A stretch of 64,000 bases of DNA, from contig CM052848.1 in the NCBI GenBank assembly GCA_028534125.1, forward strand, positions 9,672,001 to 9,736,000, read 5' to 3'. Of the stretch, positions 38,070-50,984 are shown piece after piece. This DNA is from Lama glama. Its lineage: Eukaryota. Below the pieces are notes generated by a model that was given only the letters and a program-made list of their open reading frames with translations, was not told where the DNA came from and ran no database searches. The translations under genes and the position numbers were made by a program. Positions within the stretch are counted from its first letter, which is position 1. Each line of letters opens with the position of its first letter.

Positions 38070-38845
38070 ATAATTTGGCACCCAATTCCAACATGTGTGG
38101 TTTTTCCACTTTACACCAAGTAATTCTCTGACACCAGCTGGGTGTCCTACAGTTCCACTCAGTTCTGACACTTACCTAGAAACAGTGTCAGATCCTACTG
38201 GTTGAGAGCTCAATCCTACAAGACCACCTCCCACCCCTTCAGAGGCCAGCTGCAAATCCAGGTTATCACCTGGGCTTCCGACTATAGATTGGAGGTTCCG
38301 ACAACCCTGTCCTCGGGTTTGGTTAATTTGCTAGACTGCTCCCAGAACTCAGAGAAGCAATTTACTTATGAGGTTACTGGTGTGTTACAAAGGATGTGAC
38401 CTCCGTCTGGAAGAGCCAGAGGGAAGAGTGCATGCAGAGCACAGGGGAAAGGGAAGAGGCTGGAGATTCCGTGCCCCTCTCCCAAGTCTCCATGTGTTCA
38501 CCAACCCAGAAGCTCTCTGCACCCCATCCTTTTGGGTTTTTATGGAGGCTTCCTTATGTAGGCTTGATTGATTAAATCATTGGCCAGTGGTGGCCAGACT
38601 TCAGCCCTCTCTCCCCTCTCCAGGGGCAGGGGCGTTGGGACTGAAAGCGCCAACCCTCTGAGCACGTGGTTGGTTCCACTGGCAACCACCTTCTCTCCCT
38701 CTGTGCTTCCCAAAGTCGCCTTATTAACATTACCGAAGACGCTTTTCTCACCCTCAGCACTTGGGAAATTCCCAGGGTTTTAGGGGCTCTGTACCAGGAA
38801 GGGGACAGAGACCAAATCTGCATTTACTGTAAGTGACAGGTCACA
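38070..38845 (-). mobile_element. MER21-type LTR
   Basis: GACACCAGCTGGGTGTCC...TAATTTGCTAGA...GGAAATTCCCAGGGTTTTAGGGGCTCTGTACCAGGAA; antisense homologue of 49020-49808. Confidence 0.8.
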
Positions 38846-39189
38846 GTGGTCTTGTTCCCGCCCCTCAGCCTTATCCAGTCCTACACTCAGCGCCTTCCCC
38901 CTCCCAGCAGCCCAGACCCTCCACCTTCATGAACCCCCAAATCACATTTCTAGGGCACTGGCTTCAAGGGGAGCTTTCTCAAAATGGGGTCCCAGGACTA
39001 CCCACACCCAATCCCTGGAGATACTTGGTTTGATAAAAACGAAAGACAAAGACAGACCCTCGGTGGAGCTGGGGCCCAGAATCCTCATTCCAAGCAGCCC
39101 CCAGGCATTCAGAGTTTCAAAATCTCCACTCTGAGTGGACCCCTGATGCTTCTCTCTCTCCCCTCCCTTGTTAAGTAGCAGAAATCAGA

Positions 39190-40400
39190 CAGCTGGGCCC
39201 GAGCCGGACACCAGGAGGAGAACAGAAATGCTTCCTTGTCTCCCCGGCGAGCATCGGGTGTTGGGAGGCCTGGGCTGAAAGGCCGGAAGGAGGAATGGTT
39301 TTTCTCCGAGGCGTGGCATTGTAGAAAACCCTGCCTCAGCACCCTGAATTTTGAGGCCTGAAAACAGTTATTATTTTCGCCCTTGTTACCTTCCTTCCCT
39401 ATTTAAAATGTAATCATTGTCAGAAGAAAGCTGCAGCTCCGCACACCCCTGCCACAGCCTCACACAATAGACGCTAAAAATAGGGCCCTGCCTCGCAGCT
39501 CCGCGGAATTCTCCCAATGAAATATATACGCACACACACTACTGGAGGTCTGTCCTGTGTCCCTCTCCTGACATCCGTCTTGCCTTTTATTCCCCCCAAA
39601 TAGCCACTGCTTCTTTTCCGAACGATCTCCTTTTCCTGACGTGCGCTGGTCACTGGGCAGCACGGGCCTGGCCTGGGGCCCTCGGCCACGCTTCCTGGGT
39701 TTTCTCTCGTGATTCCAGTTAGCTGGGGACAGAGCCGGTCCATCTGGAACCTTCTTGGCAAATGTCAGCCTTGCCGGCAGCTGCGCCAACACCATCCCGT
39801 CCGTCCACCCTCACACCAGACAGCGAGGTGAAGGCACTTGGAGACCAACTTGAACGTGGGCCTGGCTGGCGGCTGCGGGGGTCGGAGAGCTGGCCAGGCG
39901 CTGAGAGGGGGATATTAGGGAGGAGGCCACACGGGGACCCCGGGGGACTCCAGGAGAGGCGGATTACTAACTGGGAGCCTCCAGATGAGCTCCGAGTCTG
40001 GAGAGCTGGAGTTTTGCTCAGGCAGACACATTGCGGTCTTGGAGTTCTGGGAAATTCTAACACCCGAAATAGCACCACTTCTTTTAAATTCCTCCTGGCA
40101 TCTGCCCACAGCCCCCACACCCAGGAAATGGGGGGGGCTGCTTGGACCCCCTGCAGTGAGCTAGCCCCACTTCACTCCCTCGGGGAGAGCGTATACGCGG
40201 GACACGAAGGCAGTGCCGCCGGAGGCGGGGCTTTCACAGTCCCGGTTCGTTCTCTTCCCCTTTCCCGTCTGTGCTGGGGCCCTGCCTTCGGTCACAGGCC
40301 CACGGGGGGCTCTCCGGCCTCCACCGATGCGAAGCCCTGACCCCACCAGCATCCAGCTCCCCCACCTGGCCTCTAGAAGCCGACTTGTCCCATCCCACTC
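39190..40400. promoter_or_regulatory. CpG-enriched, GC-rich unique stretch (weak CpG-island-like)
   Basis: CpG density visibly higher than the flanks (by eye, not computed); includes TGACGTG. Confidence 0.3.
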
Positions 40401-40814
40401 CAGGGCCAGGGGCCCCAGCACTTCTGGGGCCTTCCCTGGGTCTGCAGCACTGCCCCTAGTGCCTCCCTCTGTGAAATGGGCTGAGCAGGCCGGGCCAACT
40501 CCACTGTGGTGTCTTAGCCTCCCGAGGAGCCCAGGTCAGTCTTGTTAGCCCAGGTTAGTGCCCATCATCCTCATCACTTCCCTGGGCACCCCTGGGTGTG
40601 CTGTCTCCTGGGCAACAGGGCTCGGTTCCAGAAAAGAGGTGGGAGATGAATCTTCTAAAGCTGACCTGGTGCTCAAAGCAGATAATTGACTCAGTAGGTG
40701 AAGTTTTGACTTCATCTCTTCACCTGTTGTTCAGCTGGGACTCCGCAGTGACTTCCCCGAGACATGCACAGTCACTCAGTCCCAGATTCTGTCGGTCCCC
40801 TGCTACTGTGTGAG

Positions 40815-41400
40815 AAACCACTCAGGTCTGTGGGCGGAAAATAACCATTTTATTGTTTCTCATGATCCAGTGAGTTGACTGGGCCTCTGCTGCAAGTTTC
40901 TTTTGCTCGTTCTGCACAGGGTCTCCGGTGGGCCTGCAGTCAGATGGCAGAGCTCCAGCGTGGCTCTGCTCTGGTGCTTTGCTGGGGCTGACCGGAAGGC
41001 TGGGCCTGCTCATTGAATGGTCACAGAGTCTTTCCATTTGGCTGGCTTAAGCGTTTTACGGCATGGCGGCCGGTTCCGAGAGGAAGCCTCCCCCGGGGGA
41101 GGGTATAGCTCAGTGGTAGAGCGTGTGCTTAGCATGCACAAGGTCCTGGGTTCAAGCCCCAGTACCTCCATTAACAAATAAATACATAAACCTAATTACC
41201 CACCCCCCGAATAATAAAAATAAAAAAGCCAAAAGAAAAAAAAGAGCAAGACTTCCAAGAGAATAAGCCCTACTTTGCAAACCTCTGCTTTCATCCCTCT
41301 TGCTGCTGGCCCTTCACTCAAAGCAAGTCACATGGCCAAGCCCAGAGACACCATGGACAGTTCTGGGGGGCAAGCATCCTTTGGAGCCACAAATGTAACC
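40815..41400 (-). mobile_element. MLT1 (H/I/J-type) LTR interrupted by a SINE
   Basis: CATTTTATTGTTTCTCATGA...CATGGCGGC...AAAGCAAGTCACATGGCCAAGCCCAGA. Confidence 0.7.
41095..41243 (+). mobile_element. Vic-1-type SINE (tRNA-Ala AGC-derived)
   Basis: GGGGGAGGGTATAGCTCAGTGGTAGAGCGTGTGCTTAGCATGCACAAGGTCCTGGGTTCAAGCCCCAGTACCTCCA plus AAACCTAATTACC tail; degenerate TSD (11/14). Confidence 0.92.
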
Positions 41401-41569
41401 GTCCATCTCTCCATCTCTCCAGTCATTCCGCTGATGCCACCCACTCAGGGTTGACAGCGTCCGACACGTTAAACACCATCAGCAAATCTTGGGGCACCTT
41501 CAACTCCACCTGCTGCCCTCCACACCCCACCACACCCCAGGCAGCACGTCACTGCTTCTGTAAATACGT

Positions 41570-41900
41570 CAGTGAATCTGAAAATAATTATGCCAAGTGA
41601 AACGAGCCAGACAAAAAGAATATATACTTTATGAGTCTGTTTACTTAAGATTCTAAAATGCACAAGCAAATCTATGCTGATAGAAATTAGATCTGTGACT
41701 GGGGACAGGGGTAGGGGGGTGGAGACGGGGTGATTATACAAGAACATCAGAAACTTCGGGGGTGATGGATACACTCACTACCTTGACTGCGGCGATGGTT
41801 TCACAGCTGGCTACTTACGTCACGCCTCGTCATGTTGCACATTTTAAATACATGCTGTTTATTGTGCATCGATTATATTGTCACAAATCTATCTTAACAC
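41570..41900 (+). mobile_element. Old L1 (L1MD-like) 3' end
   Basis: AATTATGCCAAGTGAAACGAGCCAGACAAAAAG...GGGGTGATGGATA...GATGGTTTCAC. Confidence 0.8.
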
Positions 41901-41989
41901 ATTAAGGTTGAAGACTGGGTTTAAAAATAATCAGAGTTTTAAAATCTGAGTTAGATGTTTAGAGCCCTTTGTTTTTTTCTTTCTACTTT

Positions 41990-44900
41990 TACTGATGTAG
42001 ATATTTAAGGATCTGCATTTTCCTTTGACCTCTGCTTCAGCTGTAACTCACAGGTTCTGTTGTGTAGTCTTTTCGACTGTTGTTTTCTAAAATTTCTGTG
42101 ATTTTGGTATGCGTTTCTTTTTTGATCTAATAGATGTTTAGGAGAGAGTTAAAAAGTTTCCCACTACACGTGTGTTTATCTTTTTAAAGCATGAATATAG
42201 AAGAATATTTTCTGTTGCTCTGTTTTGTGATCAATGTCTGGGTTGACAATAGGATCAGAGGATCTTGCCCAGTAATATTTCTACTTTGGGGAATTTGTTG
42301 AGATTTTCACTATGATCTATTCTGTAATCAGTTTTTTTGGGTGTTTCATTGACCCTTGAAAAGAAGGTAAATTCTCCATTTGTAGGAGCTAGATTTTGAC
42401 ACATATCAATGAGATCAATTTTCTTAATTTTTACTGATTTTTGCTATTTGATATTAATTCTGACGTGAATTAACAGGGTTGAAAAGTTTCCTACTACCAG
42501 TGTGTTTTTTTCCCATCTCTTCTGTAATTTCTGCCTCATGAGAATTGCTGCTATGTGATTTTACACTTAGGTATTCATGAACGTTTCTGTCTTTATTGTG
42601 TGATGTACCATTTAGCATCATAATATCCCCGTCTCTGCACCACACAATGGTGTTTATCCTGAGCCTCCCCTTCTTTGAAGGCAAACTGACACTTGCTTTC
42701 CTTTGGTTTGTGCTTGCTTGGTACATCTTGTCCGTCCTCTTCATTTTCCACCTTCATGGTTCACTGTTTCAGATATGTTGCTTTTAAACAGTGAAAAATT
42801 GGGTGATGCTTTATGATACAGTGTGAACATCAATTGATCCCATTTATGAGTTAATCCCATTTATATTTGTTGATGTGATAGACGAGTTTGATTTTATATC
42901 TGTCATATTATTTTGTTCTTTGAATATATTTTTATTTTAAAATCTTTCTGTATAAGGTCTGTTTGTTTCCTGGAGGGGTGGGGGTCAGGGGTGAGGAAAA
43001 AGAGAGAAGGAGGGCGGACGGGAGGGGAGGAGAAAAAGCCTCAAGAGAAGTTCTCATATTTAGGAGGATTTGTAATATTGTTGTAATGATTATCTTTATT
43101 GTGATATCATCATATAACCCCCTTGGCTGTCTGCTTTTTCAACAGTTTTGAGAAATAATAACTGAGTATGTGCTTCCCTTTCTCCCACCTCTCTTCCACC
43201 CCCTGACCTTGCTCAATAACATTATTTTGTTAGTTTTTACTTTGGAATCTTAAAAATGTTTCTGTGTGTACTATTTGATTGATCCTTAGCTTTAAATTTT
43301 TTCCTTTGTCTCCCTGGTTTCATAGCTGTGGCAGTGATGAACTTCCTGCCATCGCATTTTTTGTTAGCTGTACCATTTCCACGTCGTCAGAACACATACA
43401 TTTGCCGTCTATTTTGTTACTCTCATTGAGACAGGAGGGAAGCGGGCAGGGCACAGCCATTAAAATAATGGCACAGCATCGAGCACCAAGATGGTGGAAG
43501 ATTCGACTCCCAGGCGACCTTGAACTTCAAGATACTCCCATTGAAATACAATAGGATGCTAAATGGTTGTCCCACAGGGCCATGACCGTTTCAAGTCTGA
43601 CCGTAAAAGGCTCAAAAGCGGTGGATGGCCTGGTTCCTGGGACTCCCAGCCCCTTCCCCAAAGTAGTTGGGATAATTCTCCCACTTGTCAGCATATGAAA
43701 TTACTGAGCCCATAAAACCAACAACCCCACACCTCGTGGCCAGTCTCCTTTTTCCTAGCCGACCCCATGCTCTGAGTCTGCCGTTCTCCCTTCCATGTCA
43801 GATGGCCCCCGTTCTGTTTATGGAATGTGTGTCTCCTAAGCCTTTCCCTTGCCTTCTGAGACGGCCTGCACTCTGTCTATGGAGTGTGCGCCTCTCCAAG
43901 TATATCTACATTTGCTCAACTGTGGCTCACTCTTGAATTCTTTTCCTGCGCAAAGTCAAGGGCCCTCACTTGGTGGGTTGTGTCCCAGGAACTCGACCGA
44001 GACCTGGGACACAGCCATCCTCTCATGCCCCACAGTTTTTCCTGTATCATAATCCCCACATTTCATTTACTCTTAGATCTAAACTAAATGTAGTCAATAC
44101 TTACGGTAAGACATTTGGCTAAAGTTTCCATAGCTGACTCTCAGTTGGCCAAAGTCCATTTTCTGGTCTTTTCCTCAAGAAAGTTCATGGGAACAATACT
44201 TTCTGAGTCCTCACATGTTCAAACAGTTTGCTAGAGCCTTTATAATCATTGAACAGCTTGGATGATATATAAATTTTGGTTTACGCTTTTCCTTAAATAT
44301 CTTCTAGATGGCTATTCTCTTCTAAGGTGAAATGCTGTTTTGGCAAAGTCTGAGTTCAACCTGACTTCTTTGTTCTTTGTAAGCGTCTTACTTTTTTATG
44401 CTTTATTCCCTAAGGATACTTTCTGCAAGTCCAGTAACTTGAGTAGACTCTCTCTCATCTGGAGACTGTCCTGAATCAGGTTTCCCTGGTAAATGGTGTG
44501 AACATTCAATAAATAGAGTCAAGTTTTGTTTGATTTTAGGCAATGCTTTTGAATTATACTTTAAAATATTTGCTACATTGGATTGTTTTGGTCTCTTAGG
44601 GACTCCAATTTTGAGTGTGTTGGCTTTCCTTTGACTTCTTGCCATCAGTGTCATTTTCTCTCTGATTCTTTTAAATTCCTTATCTCTAGTTCATTTACTT
44701 TGCATTTTGTATTTCTGTGGTTTGCTTCCCTGACAGTATTTTCCACATTGACTTTGCCCCCTTTTACTCCTTCCAGTTTTGTCTTCATTCATGCCTGGCT
44801 TTGTTTTTTTCTATTTCTTTCCTGGATCTTCTGGCCCTGTCTTATCACCTCTCACTGCCTTGTCATCTTTTATTTGAGTTCCTGCTTTTGTGCTTTGTGG

Positions 44901-45150
44901 CTTTCCTTTAGAGAAAAAGTTGTTTTGTTAAGATTTTTTGGTTCTGTTTCGCTTTTAATTCATGGTAAAGTATTTGATCGTGATTTTATGCCTTCCAGGC
45001 TGCATTCTTCTGATGCATGTCCTTCTGTTGACATGATTTGCTGCTCTTTGTGTCTTATGTTTGTATCAAAGGTGTTCTGTTTCCTTTTAGATTGCTTACA
45101 GAGCATATCAGTCTAACTTTCATAGATAAAGCTTTTTTTTGCAAAAGATT
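41990..45150 (-). mobile_element. Very old L1 ORF1/ORF2 remnant, interrupted by an LTR
   Basis: Minus-strand KMYQASTNQRKASV (ORF2 endonuclease N-terminus) and FIECSHHLPGK (ORF1 IERAHR-like). Confidence 0.7.
43427..44049 (+). mobile_element. MER41-like ERV1 solo LTR (copy 1)
   Basis: TG...CA ends, 4-bp TSD TCAT/TAAT, CTGTCTATGGAGT, TTGAATTCTTT...CCCTCACTTGG layout. Confidence 0.8.
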
Positions 45151-45856
45151 CTGACTAGGAGTGGGGCAAGAATAGCCTTCTAGAAGTCTTAATCCCAAAG
45201 GATCTTTCTTTTTCTGGTTCTCAGAGATGGACTGCTCCCTGAAAATATTGTGTGACTCTTTGTAGGGTTCTGCCTTCTCAGCTCCTCCAAGTAAACTTGG
45301 TCTCTGAAGGCTTCTGCTGCCCATCCTAGGACCTCCAGTTCCTTCACCAGCCAGTGCAGACAAGGTGCAGGTGAGCACCTCACCTTCAGGGAGTATAGTC
45401 TTGCTTGCACTTTCTAAGCCCTGCTGCCACTGGACCCCAGACACTCCTGCACCTCTTCCTGTGGGGTTTCTGCTCTCAGCAGCCCTTACACATGTTTTGG
45501 AGTCTACAGATGATATCTGTCTCTAAGTTGCAGTGCAAATGAGGCCATGTGTGCTTTCCACAAGGAGAGGGAACACAGCACCCTGCTCATTTCCAAATCT
45601 GATCATGTGGGGGACTTGACGCTGACCTTCCATGCTCTTTCCCCAAGGCATTTAGCAAGGTGCAACTGGAGGCGTGATGGAGGTTCTTTCGTCCTTCTGC
45701 ACTTTCCTTCCCCTTCTCTCTGGCTCCAGCACCACTGTTACGGCAGGTGACATACATTAGTGAAGGGGGTGGTCAGGGAGGACACCCAGGAGTAGCAGGA
45801 GTTGTAGCAAAGAACACATGTGTCATCTAAAAGCCTTCGATATCAACTAAGGGGAA

Positions 45857-45881
45857 ACACACACACACACACACGCACACA
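45857..45881. repeat. (AC)n microsatellite
   Basis: Read directly from the sequence. Confidence 0.9.
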
Positions 45882-46601
45882 CGTGGACTGAATAGGACAC
45901 ATCGGCAGACCTTTGGTGTACCATCTGGTCTAAACGGTTTCTAGGGTCCTTCTCTGTTCTCTTGCATCAGGAGCCCACCAGGACTGTATACTGTCTTGGT
46001 GGTTTCTCTACCTTCCTCTCACCCCAAGGCCATCCTTGATGCTGACTTCATCTGGTCACAATGAGTTTGTGGAGAGACCTTGTTTTTTGCACCTACCCTA
46101 CCACCCCCGCCCCCTCATTTTGGCCCTGTTCCAGTCCCATCTCTTTGCCTTTAACAGGTACTTTTCTATTGTGGACATCCTTAACCCAGGCAGCTCTGTG
46201 CAGGCTGGAGTTGTCCTGGGCACACACATCACCTCGGAGGCTCTAGTTGATTCCAAAGTTAGACTGTGCCCGCCCCTACCTCCCAGTCTCCATGCTTCCA
46301 CGCAGAGTGGAGACAGCAGCGTGGGCCAGCCCTGTGTGGAGAGAGAAGACTGAGTGATGGACAGAAGGAGACGGGGGATGCTAACTTAACAGAGCAGCCT
46401 GGGTGGGCCCAGAGGGGAACTGAGGACAGGCCCAGGAGGGGCGGCCTGTGCCCCTGCATGCCACCTGGGGCTCTGCACGGGGGTTTCCGGGCTGCTGTGT
46501 GGCTCCAACAGCCCTGGAACAAAGTTGGAATGTTGTTGGACAGCAGCCTCGGCAGGACAAAGGGCCAAGTGTTCTGGACATGTACCAGCAATAAACAGAC
46601 T

Positions 46602-46794
46602 NNNNNNNNNNNNNNNNNNNNNNNNNNNNNNNNNNNNNNNNNNNNNNNNNNNNNNNNNNNNNNNNNNNNNNNNNNNNNNNNNNNNNNNNNNNNNNNNNNN
46701 NNNNNNNNNNNNNNNNNNNNNNNNNNNNNNNNNNNNNNNNNNNNNNNNNNNNNNNNNNNNNNNNNNNNNNNNNNNNNNNNNNNNNNNNNNNNNN
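46602..46794. other. Assembly gap (193 N)
   Basis: N run. Confidence 1.
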
Positions 46795-47649
46795 TGCCTT
46801 TCGGTAAAGAGCTTGAGTTAAAATTAAACAGATACATATGCATCGCTTGCAATAGGTTGATCCTGCAGGCAACGCCTTAAAAAGAAATCTGAACATTTTC
46901 CTGAGTAGGGCAAGCAAAGAGAATCAAACAGTCCCTCCTCCAGAAATCCAGAAACAGTGCTCTCCTTCCACAGCAGAGGAAGTTTCTCAGCGCGGCCCAC
47001 CACATGTCCTCCTGATCTGAAAGCAGACGGCACAGGCCTTTCTCCAGGTGCTTCCGAGCAAAGGCACTTAGCGTGCTCCTGGCGACAAAATCAAGAGGAC
47101 CTAGAGGACTGCCACGCCCACCCCACGTCCGACCCCTCCCCGGAATCTTCCAAGTCTGCAAAACATCTTCAGTCTTTTTATCAATTTTCTTCGTTGGCCC
47201 ATTTTGATGTAAATTTGAATCCAGTTTCAAATTCCAATCTAGACTCTGTTTTCTCAAGACTGAGAGCAGTGCTGGCTCATGGTTGATGCTCAGCAGACAT
47301 CTGGTGCGCGGATGAATCGCACGCCTTGCCACTGCGTCCTGACTTCTAGCTTCCTTCCCGCTCCTGTTTCCAACCATAACTGAGTCATTGAAAACCTGAT
47401 TCCAGGGAGGTCAGTTTTCTTCAGTATGGTCACAGGCACCGCCCAGCGGAAGGCCATCAGGGACTGTAGGGAGGGCCGATGCGAAGGCTTGCCTGACACC
47501 CCAGCTTTTCACCCCACAGAAGCAAGCGCCATGTCAGGCTAACACTGGAGACACTGGCAGATGTTACAAACAGCCTGACCAACGAAGGCTTAGGAAGACA
47601 AGTCACTTTTAGTACGAACTCATCACCAAGGGCAAGCTGTCTAGAAGTA

Positions 47650-48181
47650 TGGTGGTGGGGCTGGGGAGGGGCAGGACTCAGCCATTAAAGGAACAACACA
47701 GCAGTTAGCACCAAGGTGGCGGAAATGCCAGCTCCCAGTAGACCTGGAGGCCCAAGATGGCGGGAGCTTGAGCTTCATTATACACATCGTTAACGTACTA
47801 GCCTGGTGAATGACATACCCACAGGCACCGTGACAGTTCCAAGGCTGACGTGAGAGGTCAGGGAGAGGGTGGTGGCCCAGTTCCTAGGAATCCCGGCCCC
47901 TTCCCCAAAGTAGCTGGAATAACCCATCCACCTGTTAGCATATAAAAACTCGCAACACAGCGCCTCACGGGCCGCTCCCTCTCCGGCCTTCTGAGACTCA
48001 CACTCTGTCTGTGGAGTGTGTATCTCTCTAAACAAATCTACTTTTACTCAACTATGTCTCACTCCTGAATTCTTTACTGCGTGAGGCCAGGGACCCTCAC
48101 TTGGCGGGGCATGTCCCAGGGACTCAACCGAGACCTAGGACACGGCCGTCCTCTTGCGCCCCCCCACATTGTCCTGTATCA
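47650..48181 (+). mobile_element. MER41-like ERV1 solo LTR (copy 2)
   Basis: Collinear with 43427-44049 (CAGCCATTAAA, CCCCTTCCCCAAAGTAG, CCTGTATCA end). Confidence 0.8.
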
Positions 48182-49019
48182 GAGGGAGGCTGTCTGCACT
48201 CGATCCCAGGACAAGTCACGGAGGGGTGACAACCACTTGTGTTTTTTCTTTCACACGTACACCTGTTTCATGATCCCTGCATTCTTATTCATTGCTTCTC
48301 TAAGTAGACAGACCACTTGAACTTCACTGTAGGGTCTGGACTTACTGGGCCCAGGGAAGGGAGGTGCCTGGCACCGTCACACACAGGGGGGAGGAAGAAG
48401 CCAAGGGCCCCAGGGCCACTGGTGCAGAGCACAGCTTATTTGTCCCTCAGCATTGCCACGGCGCTGGATTTTCCCCCAGAACAGCAACACAGTCAGGCCC
48501 CCAAAGAAGCCTGCTGCTCTAAGGCCATCTGCTCGACACACGGACCCCCAGTTCCATTATGTGTGCCTTCTGTCCTTCGGCAGCCCCGAGCCTGTCCCCA
48601 CCCTTGCCCCCAGGCTGGCAGCTCCGCCCTTTGGGCACCTGGCCTTTTTGCCAGCGGGAAGGCCCACCGGGACTCCCGGGCACTGGATATCTGCCCTCCC
48701 TGCTCCCGCCTCCCAGAAGCACCGTTTGGCTCATTTACACTTTGCCTTGTGTGCGCCTGGCAAGTACTCCGCCCTCCCCGACACCAACCTTATCACCTCC
48801 TTGCCGCCTGTGCGGAAGTCGCCCATGGGATGTGTTTCAACTAAAACCTTTGGTGAGTAACGTGGAAGTCTGCAGGCACCCGGAGTCGCTTCCCCTTAGT
48901 TGTGGGAAAACCGGAGGCCCTTTTTCCCTGCCCAGGCCTTTCCAATCATCAGTGCAGCTCCTCGGGAAGCAGTGTTAGCTCTTGTTCCTGGAGTGCTGCG
49001 TGGGAGCTGGGCGAGATGC

Positions 49020-49808
49020 TGGGAGGTAATAGAAAATATATATTTGTCTCTGCCCCTGGTTCTTGGCACTAGCTCCTAAAGCCCTTGTAATTCCCTATGT
49101 GATAAGAACACTAGGAACATCTCTTTTCCTAAGGGGGCGACTCTCCATGGGTTCTTGGAAGGGGGCTGGTCACTGGCAAGATTAAACCGTGATTAGAAGC
49201 TTGGAGTTTTCAGCCCCACCCCATCCTCCAGAAGAGGGAGGGGGCTGGAAATGGAGTTAATAACTGATCATGCCTCCGTGAAAAAGCCATCATAAAACTC
49301 CAATAGTAGGTGGTTCAGAGAGCTTCCAGGGTGACTGATACGTCCACGCTGGGAGGGTGATGCACCCCTACTGCCCCCGAAGCCTCGCCCTGCGCATCTC
49401 TTCCTCTGGCTCTCATCTGTATCCTCTGTCATTTCTTTGAGTAGACTCGTAAACATAAGTAGGCGTTTCCTTGAGTTCTGTGAGCCGCTCCAGCAAATTA
49501 GGCAGGGGTCTCAGGAATTTCTGATTTGCAGCCAAATTGGACCAAAGTCGTGGGGAATCTGAGACCTCCCACCTGCGACTGGCGTCTGAAGTGGGTGGGA
49601 GCAGTCTCGTGGGACAGGAGCCCCCACCTGGAGGATCTGATTCTCTCCCCAGGCAGTGTCAGAACTTCTCAGTAACAGTTCTAGGACCCCCCCCTGGTGT
49701 CACAGAGAATTGTTTGGTGTGGGGCCCTCCCCCCCGGGTGGGTGTTCTGTGTGAGCAGGAAAGGAGACACAGGAAGAGAAAGATGGAGAAAACTGGGCTT
49801 TTCCCTAC
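49020..49808 (+). mobile_element. MER21-type LTR
   Basis: AATATATATTTGTCTCTGCCCCTGGTTCTTGGCAC.AGCTCCTAAA...GATTAGAAGCTTGGA; ends CTACA. Confidence 0.85.
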
Positions 49809-50334
49809 AAAGGAGACTGACTTTTTCCTTTATAGATGCATCAGTGTTTGCCCGATGCGTCCATTTCAGAGAGGTCTGCCAGGAATGTTCAGGGGACGTG
49901 ATTCATTTTGGCCACATTTGGTATTTGGCTTTAAGTTCCATGAAGTTTACCACCTTGCAATATAATTTTCTTAAAAATCCGAGGGGATTTTTAATGGATT
50001 CTAGTGTTTCAAGGATGTCATTAAGGCAAGAGCTATGACTCACAGAAACCACAAGCTATTTATGACGCAGTTTTTATTTCCATTGTTAAAACTCCACTCA
50101 GTGCCCTCAAACCTCGCTATAAAGGGGATACAGAGTACCATCTAGCTTCTAAACTTTCCTAATCCAGGCCTCTCCTTGAGAATGTCCAGATCTCTCCCTG
50201 TTCCCACCCCGACCTCCGATCCTGAAAGATTCCCAGCTGAAAACCACTATCCATTTATTTGCACATTTCCTCCCCAAAAACTTCTGTTTAACTTTACTTT
50301 GGGTAGTTTACACTGCAAGCACTAAAAGCTTTTT

Positions 50335-50481
50335 TAAAATTTTTTAATTTTTTTATTGAAGTGTAGTTGATGTACAATGTTAGTTTGAGGTACAGCAAAG
50401 TGGTTTAGATATATATCCATATATATATATATATATAAAAATCTTTTCCATTGTGTGTTATTATAAGAAACTGAGCAAGGG
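50335..50481 (-). mobile_element. Short 5'-truncated L1 3' tail with (TA)n
   Basis: TTTTTATTGAAGTGTAGTTGATGTACAATGTT; TSD CTAA(A/C)AGCTTTTT on both flanks. Confidence 0.8.
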
Positions 50482-50984
50482 CTAACAGCTTTTTAATCTA
50501 CTTTCTAGTACTAAATGTTTCTACATACTGATGTGCTTTTTTTTGCATCACTCATGCTTCTTTCTGTGACTCTGACTGGGGCTGAAATCGGACCCTCACC
50601 TCCTAGACAATCCTTGTTCTAAGAAACAACTTCCCGAGAGCAAAACGAAGAGTCGGGGTTTTGAGTGTTGCTTTTGCAGGTGTTTTACCTGGACCGTCTC
50701 CACTTCCTGCAGGGAGAGAAGAGGGTGAGGGGTTGGTGGGGAAGCAGCCATGACAGCACCATCCAGAATTTCCTGGAACAAATGAGTTGGGAAAATCATC
50801 AGCAAATTTGGATCGTTTAGAAAAGGTTCAAGTTACCCACGGCCACTGGACCACTCCCGCCTGCCTGCTCCGCTTCTCCCTGCCGCCCGGGTTTTAATTT
50901 CAGAAAAAAAATGAGAAGCATGCTTAGATATTACCATGTCATCAGCAGCCTTTTCCTGGTCAGTGTTCTCACGGACGTTTGTAG

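Noticed and set aside
39762-40340. 192-aa ATG-initiated ORF
   Set aside because: No domain or family recognisable; long ORFs are expected by chance at this GC content.
41099-41170. tRNA-Ala(AGC) gene
   Set aside because: Acceptor-stem mismatch, altered T-loop, SINE tail and TSD, and three sister copies in the window show it is a SINE head.
43427-48181. Two same-orientation LTRs as a single provirus
   Set aside because: Copy 1 has its own near-matching TSD with the old L1 continuing on both sides, there is no PBS or gag/pol between them, and the LTRs differ by large indels.
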